A stretch of 64,000 nucleotides of DNA. It comes from Vitrella brassicaformis CCMP3155. Taxonomy: Eukaryota > Protista > Chromerida. The notes under the pieces are model-generated. The model was not told the origin of the DNA, did not search any database, and saw only the letters and a program-made list of their open reading frames with translations. A program made the translations under genes and the position numbers. Below, piece after piece: positions 49,601 to 60,708 of the stretch (the stretch's first letter is position 1; each line of letters starts with the position of its first letter). The stretch is from positions 1-64,000 of the forward strand of contig CDMY01000274.1 in NCBI GenBank assembly GCA_001179505.1, in the 5' to 3' direction.

Positions 49601-51184
49601 GACGAGCTGGCGTCTGTGTGTGAGGTGGCGGATGAGAGGGGGCAGCAGGGGCAGAGGCACGTGGCTGTGGGCGGTGTGCTGGTCAAGAAAATAAGGAACA
49701 AGGTCGAGAAGTACTGCGTCTTCCTTCGGACAATCATGTATGTGTGATGTAGGCCAGCGACACTGCAGTGAATCATGCAGCTGCTTTTGGTCTCTGCCGT
49801 GTCCATCATCCACAGCACCATTGTGGATCTCCACTTTGAGGAGGCTGCGTTGAAGGAGTACTATCGACAGGAGGGTCAGACCTTACTGCTCGAAAACCAT
49901 GTAAGCCACACGAGAGAAACCATCGGCGTTCCACCATATATGGCTGCTGTCTCTGTCTGACAGATGAAGCGTGCTCTTCGCCGATCGAGCAGCACCCTCA
50001 CACATGCAGTGTCTCCCGCCGTCTCCCCCACCGCCTCAAGACGCCCCTCGCTCCTCAAAGCGCTCTCAACGATGTCTCTTTCAGTGCCCAGGGACTGTAT
50101 CGGCATCCGAGACAAGCAAAGAGTCGGCGAGAGCGACGGCGACGTCGATCTGCATCGCGGCGAGAGCATAGACATCGACCCCTCAGGGCCGCAGAAGACT
50201 GGAAGGGGACAGGGAAGGGGGAGTACGTCCTCTCTGCTGTCGAGTGTGTCGTTGACGGGAGACGACGCGAATCTCAATCCGCTGCAGCAAGAGATTTTAT
50301 TGGAGAGGCTGAAGGTTGCCGTCCACCACAAGCAGCAGCCTGCTTCACCCGGCGGCCTGCATGATGACATGGACAGCCGTCGCAGCTCCATCGCGTCGAG
50401 CGCCGCTGCGATGAGGAGACACGGCAGCAGTGACGGTATGGCGAGGCTGCAGTTGCCCGCACACTCGATGTGGGTCAAGGGAGGTAGGCAATGAAGAAGC
50501 GACACCGAAACACGACACACATTTCTCTGTTGCAGGCCAGCGCATGTCTTGGCGTGTGTACCGCACATCTGTCCTGACGGTGCCGCCTAGCGCCTTGCAC
50601 CCACAGCCGGTCGCCTTCACAGACAAGGTGAGATGAGATTGACACACAGACGGAGCAAGTGACCGATGACGCCTACCTCACCATGCCCTGCGTGTGCCAT
50701 TCAGGACCTGCGCCAGCTGATTGACTCGAGCGGCGGCCTCCTCAAGTAACTCACACCTGCACGTTGACGCGGCAGACAGCTGCATTGCCTTGTCCTTCAC
50801 GATGCAGGGGCGTGACAGTGCTCTCCCAGCTGCCGTACCCGCAGCACCTGCACGATCAGCACACACACTCCATCCCAGAGAACCTCGCTGTGGCCATCGA
50901 CATGACGGCAGTCGAGTCGGCAGATGAAGACCAACGGCACCACCAGCAAGATGAACACCAACGGCACCACCAGCACAGCCCGTATCATCATGACATGTCT
51001 CGCAGCAGTACCATGCCTGTGGCGGAGAGGGAGGGAGCAGGGCCTGGCAGTGCTGGCCGTGGCGCGAGGGTGAGAAGGATGTCGACGGATTCATGTGTCT
51101 CCCTGAATGTGTGTGTCTGGATGTCGCTTGCCGTGCGTGCAGCGTGATTCTCTGCAGACGATATACGAGGGTCCGGAGCACTAA
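46681..51184 (+). CDS. Large multi-exon hypothetical protein
   Basis: Long first exon (ORF 46606-47982), then ordered-looking exons bounded by GT/AG (DLIMSFNALIHTTKRRLQGG.., ALGEALVMCLKGDVYYHLLKY.., KIRNKVEKYCVFLRTIM, LHFEEAALKEYYRQEG). No family recognised, and the 3' end is uncertain. Confidence 0.45.
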
Positions 51185-51861
51185 CTACCGTGAAGTCACG
51201 AAGCGGCCAAGCAGTCGGGCGTGCAGCGTAGAAAGACAAAGTCGGACAGACAACGAGACACACAGAGGCCAACCCGGAGTAGCCGGGAGAAGGGTAGCGA
51301 CAATCACATTCCGTCTTTTGATCCCATTGAGGGAGGCAGGGACATAAGTGCCCGTGTTTGCGCAGAGGTGCTGCTCATTTGTCATATATATACTTTATGC
51401 ATGAAACACACGTGCCATGCAATATTGCATGACGACAATATTGCATGTCATATATATTCTTCATGTGCATTAATATTAATCAGACGGCACATTTATGTGC
51501 GTACATGTCTCATTGCAAATTATATGCGTTGGACCTTAATTGGTGAAAAGCGACCTCATTTACTTGCGCCTCAGCACTCTATGGCCAAGATAGATACACA
51601 AATGTGCAATCACTTGCTCTCACTTCTTTTCTTCTTGACGGCGAACGAAAAACACCGAGCATGGGCCAGAGAGGAAGGCAGGCACATCATATACAGCTAG
51701 CGCCACAGACACTGGTGGACCATTCGACTTGTGTGACTGCTAAATACCCACAAAACTACAAACAGCATAGCATCACCATACACGACACAGACGAGAAAGA
51801 CGAAAAAGACGAAAAATGTTTGATGCTCGGACGGACCCCCCCCCCCCCCCCCCCCCCCCCC

Positions 51862-52161
51862 NNNNNNNNNNNNNNNNNNNNNNNNNNNNNNNNNNNNNNN
51901 NNNNNNNNNNNNNNNNNNNNNNNNNNNNNNNNNNNNNNNNNNNNNNNNNNNNNNNNNNNNNNNNNNNNNNNNNNNNNNNNNNNNNNNNNNNNNNNNNNNN
52001 NNNNNNNNNNNNNNNNNNNNNNNNNNNNNNNNNNNNNNNNNNNNNNNNNNNNNNNNNNNNNNNNNNNNNNNNNNNNNNNNNNNNNNNNNNNNNNNNNNNN
52101 NNNNNNNNNNNNNNNNNNNNNNNNNNNNNNNNNNNNNNNNNNNNNNNNNNNNNNNNNNNNN
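51862..52161. other. Assembly gap (300 N) flanked by poly-C tracts
   Basis: N run with ~26 C on the left and ~20 C on the right. Confidence 0.99.
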
Positions 52162-52303
52162 GGCCCCCCCCCCCCCCCCCCCGGCTCCCCCCTTCCTCTC
52201 TACCTCTATCTCTCTTGTGGAAAGAGGGCCTAGTACATACAAAACCTCCATGCCCATAGATCAACCATCGGACCAGCACACTCGCTCGCGATCGTTCACA
52301 TCA

Positions 52304-54238
52304 CTACAGGCCGTTCACCTGTTCCTCAGGACACGTCTCCTGGCCTGACTCATCGCAACCTGGACCAGCGAAGCGGGTGCCGTACGCGCGAGTGTCGAGT
52401 CCGATCTGCACACAGTCAATCAGATGAAGCATTTCTTTCAGCTCAATGGCTCCTTCTTCTTCCAGCCTGCCTTGTGCTTACAGGGTAGGATCCTTCAAGC
52501 TTGACAATGTCATCGCTTGTGGTTAGTTCAGGAAATGCAGGGCCTCTAGCCTACGATACACAAGCACACAGAGAAGGAATGAGCGGCAGGCGCTGTACTT
52601 GTATACGTGCGTGGTGGTGCTCGTCACTCGATGGATCGATTCCTTCTCCTGCTTACCAGGAGTGTGGCAACGGCGTCTATGTCTCCCGCTCTCAGTGCGT
52701 CGACGAGGGTGTCCTCTCCCTCAGCCGGCAGCTCTACGAGGACGAGCCCTGGAGCGACTTCTGCCAACGCAGGGATGAAGCAACACCCACCACAGACGCC
52801 GATCGTCTTCCTGCGTCGATCAGCCGAAGATGTACATGTGGATACGTATAGCACGATGGATGCGGACATCAAATGCGTGTGCTCACCCGTCCAAAGCCGT
52901 CGAGTCTTCGTCCAAGTTGACGTCTTCCAACTCAGAGCCTTCCAGCACCCACACACCGATGTCGTTGACAACGCTGCACAGGCACATACACACACAGCGA
53001 TGAAAAGCAGACCGATTCAACCGACTGACTGATGAATACTTGAAGATCTCGCAAGTATAGTCCACGGACAGTTCGCGCTCCGGAGTCACCTGATGCGGAC
53101 AAAGACGGAGAGATTGGCGGATGAAGAGCCTACGAGCCAGCTCCATTAACCGAAAAAGTCATCAATGCGTCAACAGTGCCCGCGTTGAGAGCATCCCGGA
53201 ATTGCAAGAAAAAGTCTTCGGAGTTGTCTTGTGTGACACACAAATCACATGACATCAGATGACATCGACACACATCGACACACTCTGTGCGTGGATCGAG
53301 CGGCTGGCTGGTAGGTTGGCTGGCCCGCCGGCTGACCATCTCTCTTCCTTACCTATGATGACGTATTCGGGCTCGATCTCGATGTCGTACTCCTGATGGA
53401 TGCCAAACAAAGACAGACCACGAGAGCCCCGGCCACGCAAATAGGCATTTGGCAAAGAGATTGGTCGAGGAGTCGCCCTCCCTACGTACTGTACCTTGGA
53501 TAGCTCCGCAAGCACTAGGTCGGTGATCTCCCTTTGGAACCCGGACACACTGCCTGGGTTCCCCTCGCTGGGTCGATCTTCCACGTCGCCACCAAGAATA
53601 GACTGACCGATCTTCAGGACACGTGTGTCCAGCACCTGCACTCACACCGATCATTCGGAGGCACGACGCGTGGACAGACAGCGCAAACATGTCACTCACT
53701 CACGGTTTGTAGTCTCCTTACCCTCTTAAAAGTGCCCTCTGCGTCTTCCTTGTCAGGGAATTCAGCTTCGCAAGCCGAGAACTCGACTGTTGTGACCAAA
53801 GGAAAAGCCGTCTTCAGCAGCTCGGAGTACTCATCTGTATCACGCACCTGCGTGCCCAAGAGATAGACAACGACAGTCTGACATAGAATGGTCGTCGCGA
53901 TCGAGGCACCACACACCACGTGAACTCACGATTTCGACGGCGGCGCTGAGGGCTGCGTTCAGCTGCAGGTCTCCCTCGTCGCCCGCGCAGGGTGCGGGCG
54001 GTGGTGGCGTGGTCACATTATCCGGCTTGCTGGGGAAGATCTCGTCACGGATGTCATCAATGATGTCATCAATGATGTCCTTGATGCTGTCGACGAGCTC
54101 GTCCGGAGTCTGGAGGAACTCAGCAAAACTGGGAAGATCCGGCAACTCGTCATCAGCGGTGGCCGCCACCAGCCAAGACGAGGTCGAGAGAACAGAGATC
54201 AGAGAGGCGAACAACAACATCAACGCGGACAGCCGCAT
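52304..54238 (-). CDS. Secreted protein with a periplasmic solute-binding family 3 (HisJ/GlnH, iGluR ligand-binding-like) domain; ~7 exons
   Basis: Signal peptide MRLSALMLLFASLISVLSTSSWLVAATA. Spliced motifs in SBP_bac_3 order: PGSVSGFQREITDLVLAEL; EDFFLQFRDALNAGTVDALMTFS|VTPERELSVDYT; KTIGVCGG..LVLVELPAEGEDTLVDALRAGDIDAV. Ends ..CPEEQVNGL* at 52304. Confidence 0.6.
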
Positions 54239-54814
54239 GCTTGCCTTCCACAAGGTGGCAGGGATGGACGGTGGGAGGGATGAGGGAGGGAGGTATGCTT
54301 GCTGTACGCGTGTGCAGGCTTTAACAGCCAACCGTTGCATGCACCGTTACTGGCCGGCCAGGATCAGCTGAATACCTCCATGTGTTGGACATGTGTGTAA
54401 GTACTGATAGCTAGTAATGTGTGCATCGATGACGTGAAATCGTGCTCCACTGACCTCAGAGGTCACCACACCCATGCTTCAACTTCATGACGCCGACATG
54501 CATCAACAGCAGACCAACTGGCCCGCTCCATCCTTGCATCAACATGACAACCAACCACAGCCGTGACATCAACATGACATCAGCCAAGCAAGCAACCAAC
54601 CCGTACTGACACCTCATGATTCATCCGTTCATCGCATTCGATTGGGATGAAAAAATACGATGGATGGATGCATCACTGGCATCGCATCACGGTAGACAGA
54701 GAGCCTTCAATATCATGTCCATACACCGCTGCCTGTCGCGCAGCCAGCTTTTGTCTACCGCACACCGCAGACCCCTAAAGACATCTTCACATCCCTTTGC
54801 GCATCGCCGACAAA

Positions 54815-55926
54815 TCACACCCACACCATACCCCGATCGATGACGTCACTCTGCAGGTCAAATCGCTTCAGAACACTGCGCCATAAGGGCGCTGACACCG
54901 GGAAACGCTCATCGAGGGACGCAGGCGCGTCAGCAGCAGCCGACTCGGTCGTTAACAGGCCGATGCCCCCCACCCCAGCAGCACAAAGGCAGCGACTGTG
55001 TCACTGGGGCGAAAGCCGCTCACGACCACACGACGGGCGGACCGTGGATCCGCTTGATTTAGGTCTCCGCCGTCACAGCGATGGTCAGCTGTGATGCCCA
55101 TGTGCTCGGGGATGTCGCCGGCTGTCAGCAGCCTCAGATAACAGGGGTCGTCACAACCGATGGATCCCCACAACACCTCCTTCTCTCCCACTCCCTCCTG
55201 ATCAGACCACCATATCAGAACCATCCACGTGAGGAATGACGTGAAGGAGCGAAGGAGCCAGACGTAGTCCCGGACGACGGGGTCGCTCTTCTTGTATGTG
55301 CTGCGGTAGGGATGGTCGGCGGGCAGCTCGCCCAACGGCACCACAAGAAACGACCAATCGCCGATGCGATACTCTCCGTTGGCGGCTCGCCGCAGCGCCA
55401 GGCTCTGTCCTCTGTGCGTCAGTTGATGTCCGATCAGCCGATAGATGGCGATAGCTAGCGGCAGCGAATCAAAGGCCGACTTGCTGTGCAGCTGAGCCAC
55501 TGACAGCACCAGGGGCAGCCCATTGGGGGTCAGCCGATAAATGGCGGCCAGCCGGACAGCCATGTCCATCAGACGCCACTCACTGCCGCCCTGCTCCAGC
55601 ACAAATAGGCATCGCACCAAGTAGCCGAAGCGCGTCAGCCGTCGGCCGGCGAGCCGTCTTGCGCACGCCCTCAGCCGCTGCAAGCAGCCCAGAATCATGT
55701 CGATAAGGCCGCCAGGCTGATTGGGAGAGGGCGTGGTGCGGTCGACGTCGATAAGGCCAGTGAGTCCATGGCGGCTGAGGAGGGCGTCAATGCGCTGCAG
55801 AAGCAACTCAGCCGTGATCACCGCTGCGTGTGATCTGCCGGTGGCTCGAGCGGCAACAAGCTCACAGACGGGAAGGCACGGCAGCACAACGCTGCGCCAC
55901 AGCTCAGCAGGCACCGAACCACTCAT
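54815..55926 (-). pseudogene. Lineage-expanded F-box-like family, copy 3, intronless; -1 frameshift in a G6 run at ~54966-54971
   Basis: MSGSVPAELWRSVVLPCLPVCELVAAR..RIDALLSRHGLTGLIDVDR..VLEQGGSEWRLMDMAVRLAAIYRL. The ORF stops at 54952. Adding one G gives LLGWGGIGLLTTE..LDERFPV..LKRFDLQSDVIDRGMVWV* (stop 54815), matching copy 4's SVGHGDVGLYTTE..LDARFPV..LRRFNLENGVISRG. Confidence 0.75.
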
Positions 55927-56116
55927 CAGCAGCGATGGCCTTGACGCCTCAATCAAACTCCATACAGCCGGGGAATGAAGATGACGCACAGATGTAGCGC
56001 TGCCCAGTGCCGACAGATGGTTGACGAAAAGGGAGAGATGACGGCGCTCCTCCCCTGGTTCTGAGCTAGGGCTGAGAGCGCACAACAGATTTCCAACAGC
56101 AAGTACGCGGTCACCG

Positions 56117-57157
56117 ATGGCTGATGCGGTGCCTGTGGAGGTCTGGCGGGAGTGTGTGTTGTCATACCTGGCAGTGACAGACGTGGTTTGTGCCCTGCGC
56201 AACAGCTGTCGTGCCGTGGGGAGCTCTGTGGTGACGCCTGCCGTACTCGTGGGTCGCATCAACGCCTCCCTTACCCGCCACTCACTCGTCGGCCTTATTG
56301 ATATCGACCGCACTTCCCCCATGGCTCCTGCATTCGACAGTCTGGTGCGGTCCTGCTATGTGCTGGAGCAGGGCGATAGAGAGTGGCGTGTGATCGGCAT
56401 CTTCATTCGGCTGGCCGCCATCTATCGGCTGACCCCCGATGGGCTGCCCCTGGTGCTGTCAGTGGCTCACCTACACAGCAAGTCGGCCTTTGATTCGCTG
56501 CCGCTAGCTATAGCCATCTATCGGCTGATCGGACATCAGCTGACGCACAGAGGACAGCGCCTGGCGCTCCAGCAGGCCGCCAACGGAGAGTATCAGATTG
56601 CGCGGGTTCCTGGCACATTCCGTGTGGTGTCTTACGCTGAGCTGCCGGCCAATCACCGCTACGCTGAGGGGTACCAGAGGACTGATCCTGTCATCCGCCG
56701 ACCACAAATGGGAGGGTGGCTGTACTCCTCGTTTTCAGCGTTTCTCCTGAACTGCCTGGTGACAGTATGGCATCGACAGAATGGGGTGACAGAGAGGATG
56801 GTGGTATCGGGATTTGTCGGCCGTCAAGACAGCCGGTATGTCTCGCTGCTCACTGGTAGTGTTGCTGAAGAGGAGGGCATCGTAGTGGACTCGCGCGTCG
56901 ATGGCGGCAACGTCAACTGGGATCATGTGACCGACTCGCGTGTCATTATCATCGGTGGGTATCGGGCCGGCGATGCTGTTGCTGCCTCCGTGTCGGTGGG
57001 CCACGGCGATGTCGGTCTGTATACGACAGAGATGCTCGCCGGTGCATCGGCTCCGTTGGACGCCCGTTTCCCCGTGCTGATGGATCGAGCCCGTAGGTTG
57101 CTGAGACGGTTCAATCTGGAGAATGGCGTTATTAGTCGTGGTACTGTGATGGCTTGA
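56117..57157 (+). CDS. Lineage-expanded F-box-like family, copy 4, intronless, intact (346 aa)
   Basis: MADAVPVEVWRECVLSYLAVTDVVCALRNSCR..RINASLTRHSLVGLIDIDR..YVLEQGDREWRVIGIFIRLAAIYRL; head-to-head with copy 3. Confidence 0.8.
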   Translation: MADAVPVEVWRECVLSYLAVTDVVCALRNSCRAVGSSVVTPAVLVGRINASLTRHSLVGLIDIDRTSPMAPAFDSLVRSCYVLEQGDREWRVIGIFIRLAAIYRLTPDGLPLVLSVAHLHSKSAFDSLPLAIAIYRLIGHQLTHRGQRLALQQAANGEYQIARVPGTFRVVSYAELPANHRYAEGYQRTDPVIRRPQMGGWLYSSFSAFLLNCLVTVWHRQNGVTERMVVSGFVGRQDSRYVSLLTGSVAEEEGIVVDSRVDGGNVNWDHVTDSRVIIIGGYRAGDAVAASVSVGHGDVGLYTTEMLAGASAPLDARFPVLMDRARRLLRRFNLENGVISRGTVMA

Positions 57158-57544
57158 TTGTCCTGACTGTTTGTCGTGCTGACGGCGAGAGAGGGGGATA
57201 CCATGTTGTCGATATGGGAGGCTGGTTGGAAGTGAGCAAGACGTCTGTAGCTTGATGAGGGTGGTATTTGTAGGTTGTGGCACTGGTATCGGCTTGATAT
57301 GATGCATCCATGGACATGATGGCATTTGGCTTCAATCGTTGCCATGGACGTTCAATCAAAATCTTCATCCGTCAATCGTTTCAACGCACCCACATGCCTA
57401 CACACACGAACGCGCAACAAACAGGCACATACATACAGGCACTGTACAAAATCACAAATCCCTACTGAAAAAACTGCATTCCTTCCACACATGCTGTCAA
57501 GGAAACTTGCACCGTAAAGGTCCAAACACAGGTCCCTGATTGAG

Positions 57545-60500
57545 TTAGTCCTTCTGCTTCTTCTGCACTGCCGAAGTTGCCTCTTTCCTGTGCGCCAGCC
57601 GCTGTCTCAGATGCCATTTGATCAACACACATATCCGCAGAGCACATGACAGCGGCAGAAAATCAAAACCGGCATGGAGCACGGTTTGAGCAAACAGCAG
57701 CGGATCAAAGCGCAGATGGCTCTCATCCTCGACGGCCATCTTCTCCTGTCCATCGGCAGTAGTGGCCTTGCCCTTTCTCGCCCGAAGCGACCTGCGGCAG
57801 AGGTCAGCCATCTCATGGTCGCAGAGACACACGTTTGGGCCGATGATTCGATCGAGCATCCACTTGAGTTTGCTGAAAGGGACCTCCATCTCCTCTTCCC
57901 AGTCCTCGTACACGATTGTCATTGTCTTGGCGCCCGCCTCTTTGGCTGTGCGGCTTCGCTTTGGCTTCTTGGTGGCTGTCTTGGCTCTGCGCAGCGAGGG
58001 CTTCGATGCCTTGAGGGGCTTGTCCGCAGCAGAACTGCTGCTGGCCAGTAGGTGTATCGGCTGCTCTGCTGTCTCCCTCTCCGGCCGCTGGGCAGTCGCC
58101 GTGATGTGTGCCGCATATCCCCGATACCAACGGCAGAAGAAGCTGCAATGCTCGTCTTCCCATCTGGTGAGCTCCTCACACAGGGCGTGGCAAAGCATGT
58201 CCAGGTCAATCCATTCGAGTGACTTCTTGGTGAGGGCCTTCATCTTGGGCCCCCCACCACCGCCCCCCTTGCCAGAACCGCTGCCCTTCTTCTTTTGCGC
58301 TGGACCTTTCTTCGCCTGTGGTGAGGATGGCTTGCTCCTCTTGATAGTGTCCAGCATCCTCTTGACCACGTCCTCCGACTTGATCTTTGTCTCACTACTC
58401 TCGGTGTGATCGCCGTCGTCTGTGTCTCCCCTTGTGACAATCTCCTCCTTCATTTCCCACAGGCGAACGAACAGCCGACGCCTGTACTGGGCGAGATTGA
58501 AGGGACGCACTTGCCGCAGCGCCTTGAAAACCTCCAACTGGGGGAACTGAATAGTCTTCATGGCCTCATTTGTCCCGCCACACATTGCCCGAAGAGGGGA
58601 TGGCCTCAGCAGTGCCTCACAGACTGCTCCCATCCAGGAGGCGTCCCGCGCAGACACGGGGACCTTGAGCAGCTTTGAGGGCGCTGACGCGACGACAATA
58701 GCCCCCAAAGAAACAAAGAAACGGTCGGCCGCTGTGTGCAAGACAGACCGCGACACATCAGCCTGCGACGGAAAGAGACATCATGGATTCACGGAGCTGC
58801 TTGTCTTGATTTCTCACTTGGCAGAGGCTCATGAAGAAAGGCACTCGCGCGAAAGGAACACTGTCATTCCCGTTGTTTGCAACACCATGACACGAAGATA
58901 GAAACGATCCCAGTCGATGTTTGAGGCCCGACAGAGAGAAGGTGCCGGTGACGAAATCGGGGAAAGGCAGCGAAGGGTGAGTGCTCATCTCTCTGGGGGC
59001 ACGGCGCTTTGCGGTAGTGATCCCCTGCTGCTGGCCGGCTGCCGACTGAGAGTCGGTGAGGGACTGAGCTATCTGTAAGCGGCCGACCTTGGGGGCTTTG
59101 TACACATCAGCCAGCTTGTGGCAATAGACCTCTAGAACAATCCGATCCAGCTCTGAAGGAAAGCGAAGGGACGCTGCTGTGGAGTACTTCGGTTGTGTCT
59201 CTTCTTGTTACAGACCCTGGCGGCTGAGTGAGGGGTCGGCCTCTGCGAGTGCGAGAGCCAGCAATCAGAGACATATGAAGCATGTCATCTCTTGGCCGCG
59301 CTTCTTTACTTTCTGTCCGAATGGGGAAAAACGGGTCCAGACTCGATCTGTCAAAACCGGGCACTGAAGACTTGGGCACGGCCCACTCGATGGGGGCGGC
59401 CAACGCCGGCACACGACCCACATCATGCTGCAAACAGACGGAAAGGCTATTCGAGCTGTTCGAGTCAGTCAGTCGGCCCATATTAGACCCACTTGTGTTG
59501 AGGTGGTCTGGATCATACTCTTTGGTATGGGCGTCTGTGTGTGGGTCTCACTCCTGTCGGGCACTACTCTGCAGAAGGGAGACATGCATGTCTATGCAGG
59601 AACGAACGCACTTGCCGTCACGTTCTTAGTTGTCATTCACCTGAAGTCTTTGAAATTGTGTGGCAGCATCTGTGCAAGCCTCTGGGAGAAAAAGGCATGC
59701 TCAAACGGTGACCGAAGGTTGAAAGTCGCCCTTTTAAGATTATGCGCACCTGCATGCACTCGGTCAGTCCAATGTTGTTCCGGACGTTCCTCATCAGTCG
59801 TTTCAGCTGTCTGTCACTCTCATTCATCCGTATCCGCGCCACATCAGGATAGCTGTAGAGCCATCGCTTCACCAACTCAGCATTCTCTTCCTCGCCCTCC
59901 TCAACCTCAGCCGACTCTGTCGCACTCGACGACTCGCTCTCAAATTCTCCAGTCCTTTTCTGCTTGATGCGCCTCTTGCGCCGTTCTGCCTTGGCATTGG
60001 CTGCCCATGTGGATTCCTTCCTCTCGGTGCTCTTGAGCAGGTGGAGGCTCTCGCTGACACTGGCAACGATTGTCTCGAAAAAGGGCATCACTGCGGAAAG
60101 CGGAGATGATCGATGATCAGCAGGATTATGCGAGAAAAATGAATGTACAAGCGAGGTGTGACTACCTTCTGAGTCGAGGTCGGCGACAAGTCTCTGTGCC
60201 CTTCTGGCTGACTCGCAGTACTGCTGGACCTTCGCCTTTTCCTCAGGCGTGAGAGAGTACCGTTTTGTCGGCGTCGGGGTCTGTTTGCTGGAAGACGACG
60301 CATCCGCCCCACGTCCCCGGCCTACATAGCACAGACACAATCAAGCATATGAGCAAGATTCAGGCGTTGGTCCCGTGTCTGACCACTAATCTTCCTCCCG
60401 AAGGCTGAAGTGATGTTCAGTAGCTTCCATCTGGGGCTCACATCCTGCTGAGCTTCCAAGGCAGCAGCAGGAGGCTGAGCGACACTCTGCCGTCTCGATC

Positions 60501-60708
60501 CTCGTCTTGGCTCGGTTGTACGTGTGCTGCCTGCATCTGCAGTGTCTGGTGCACGATGGCCGCCGATTGGCAGCACCTTTGCGCCCTGAAGTTGAGGCCG
60601 TGTGAAGAGGCTGCCCTTCGTGCCATCGCGGTGCTCCGGCGTCAGTCGTGGGCAAATGGAGAAAGCATTAGAGGGCGAAAGAGCAGCAGATTTAGCCTCT
60701 AACCACAT
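57545..60708 (-). CDS. Multi-exon hypothetical protein (K/E/S-rich, helical)
   Basis: Long same-strand ORFs 57545-58756, 59107-59481, 59633-60340 and 60322-60834, separated by intron-like spacers. No family recognised. The 5' end is uncertain and overlaps the HslU relic in antisense. Confidence 0.4.

Noticed and set aside
46681-51184. Possible C2/inositol-phosphatase or GAP identity for the hypothetical gene
   Set aside because: No diagnostic catalytic motif (e.g. CX5R) could be read, so it is left hypothetical.
51836-52181. Poly-C tracts as G-quadruplex or telomere-like element
   Set aside because: They flank an assembly gap and are most simply a homopolymer that broke the assembly; the true length is unknown.
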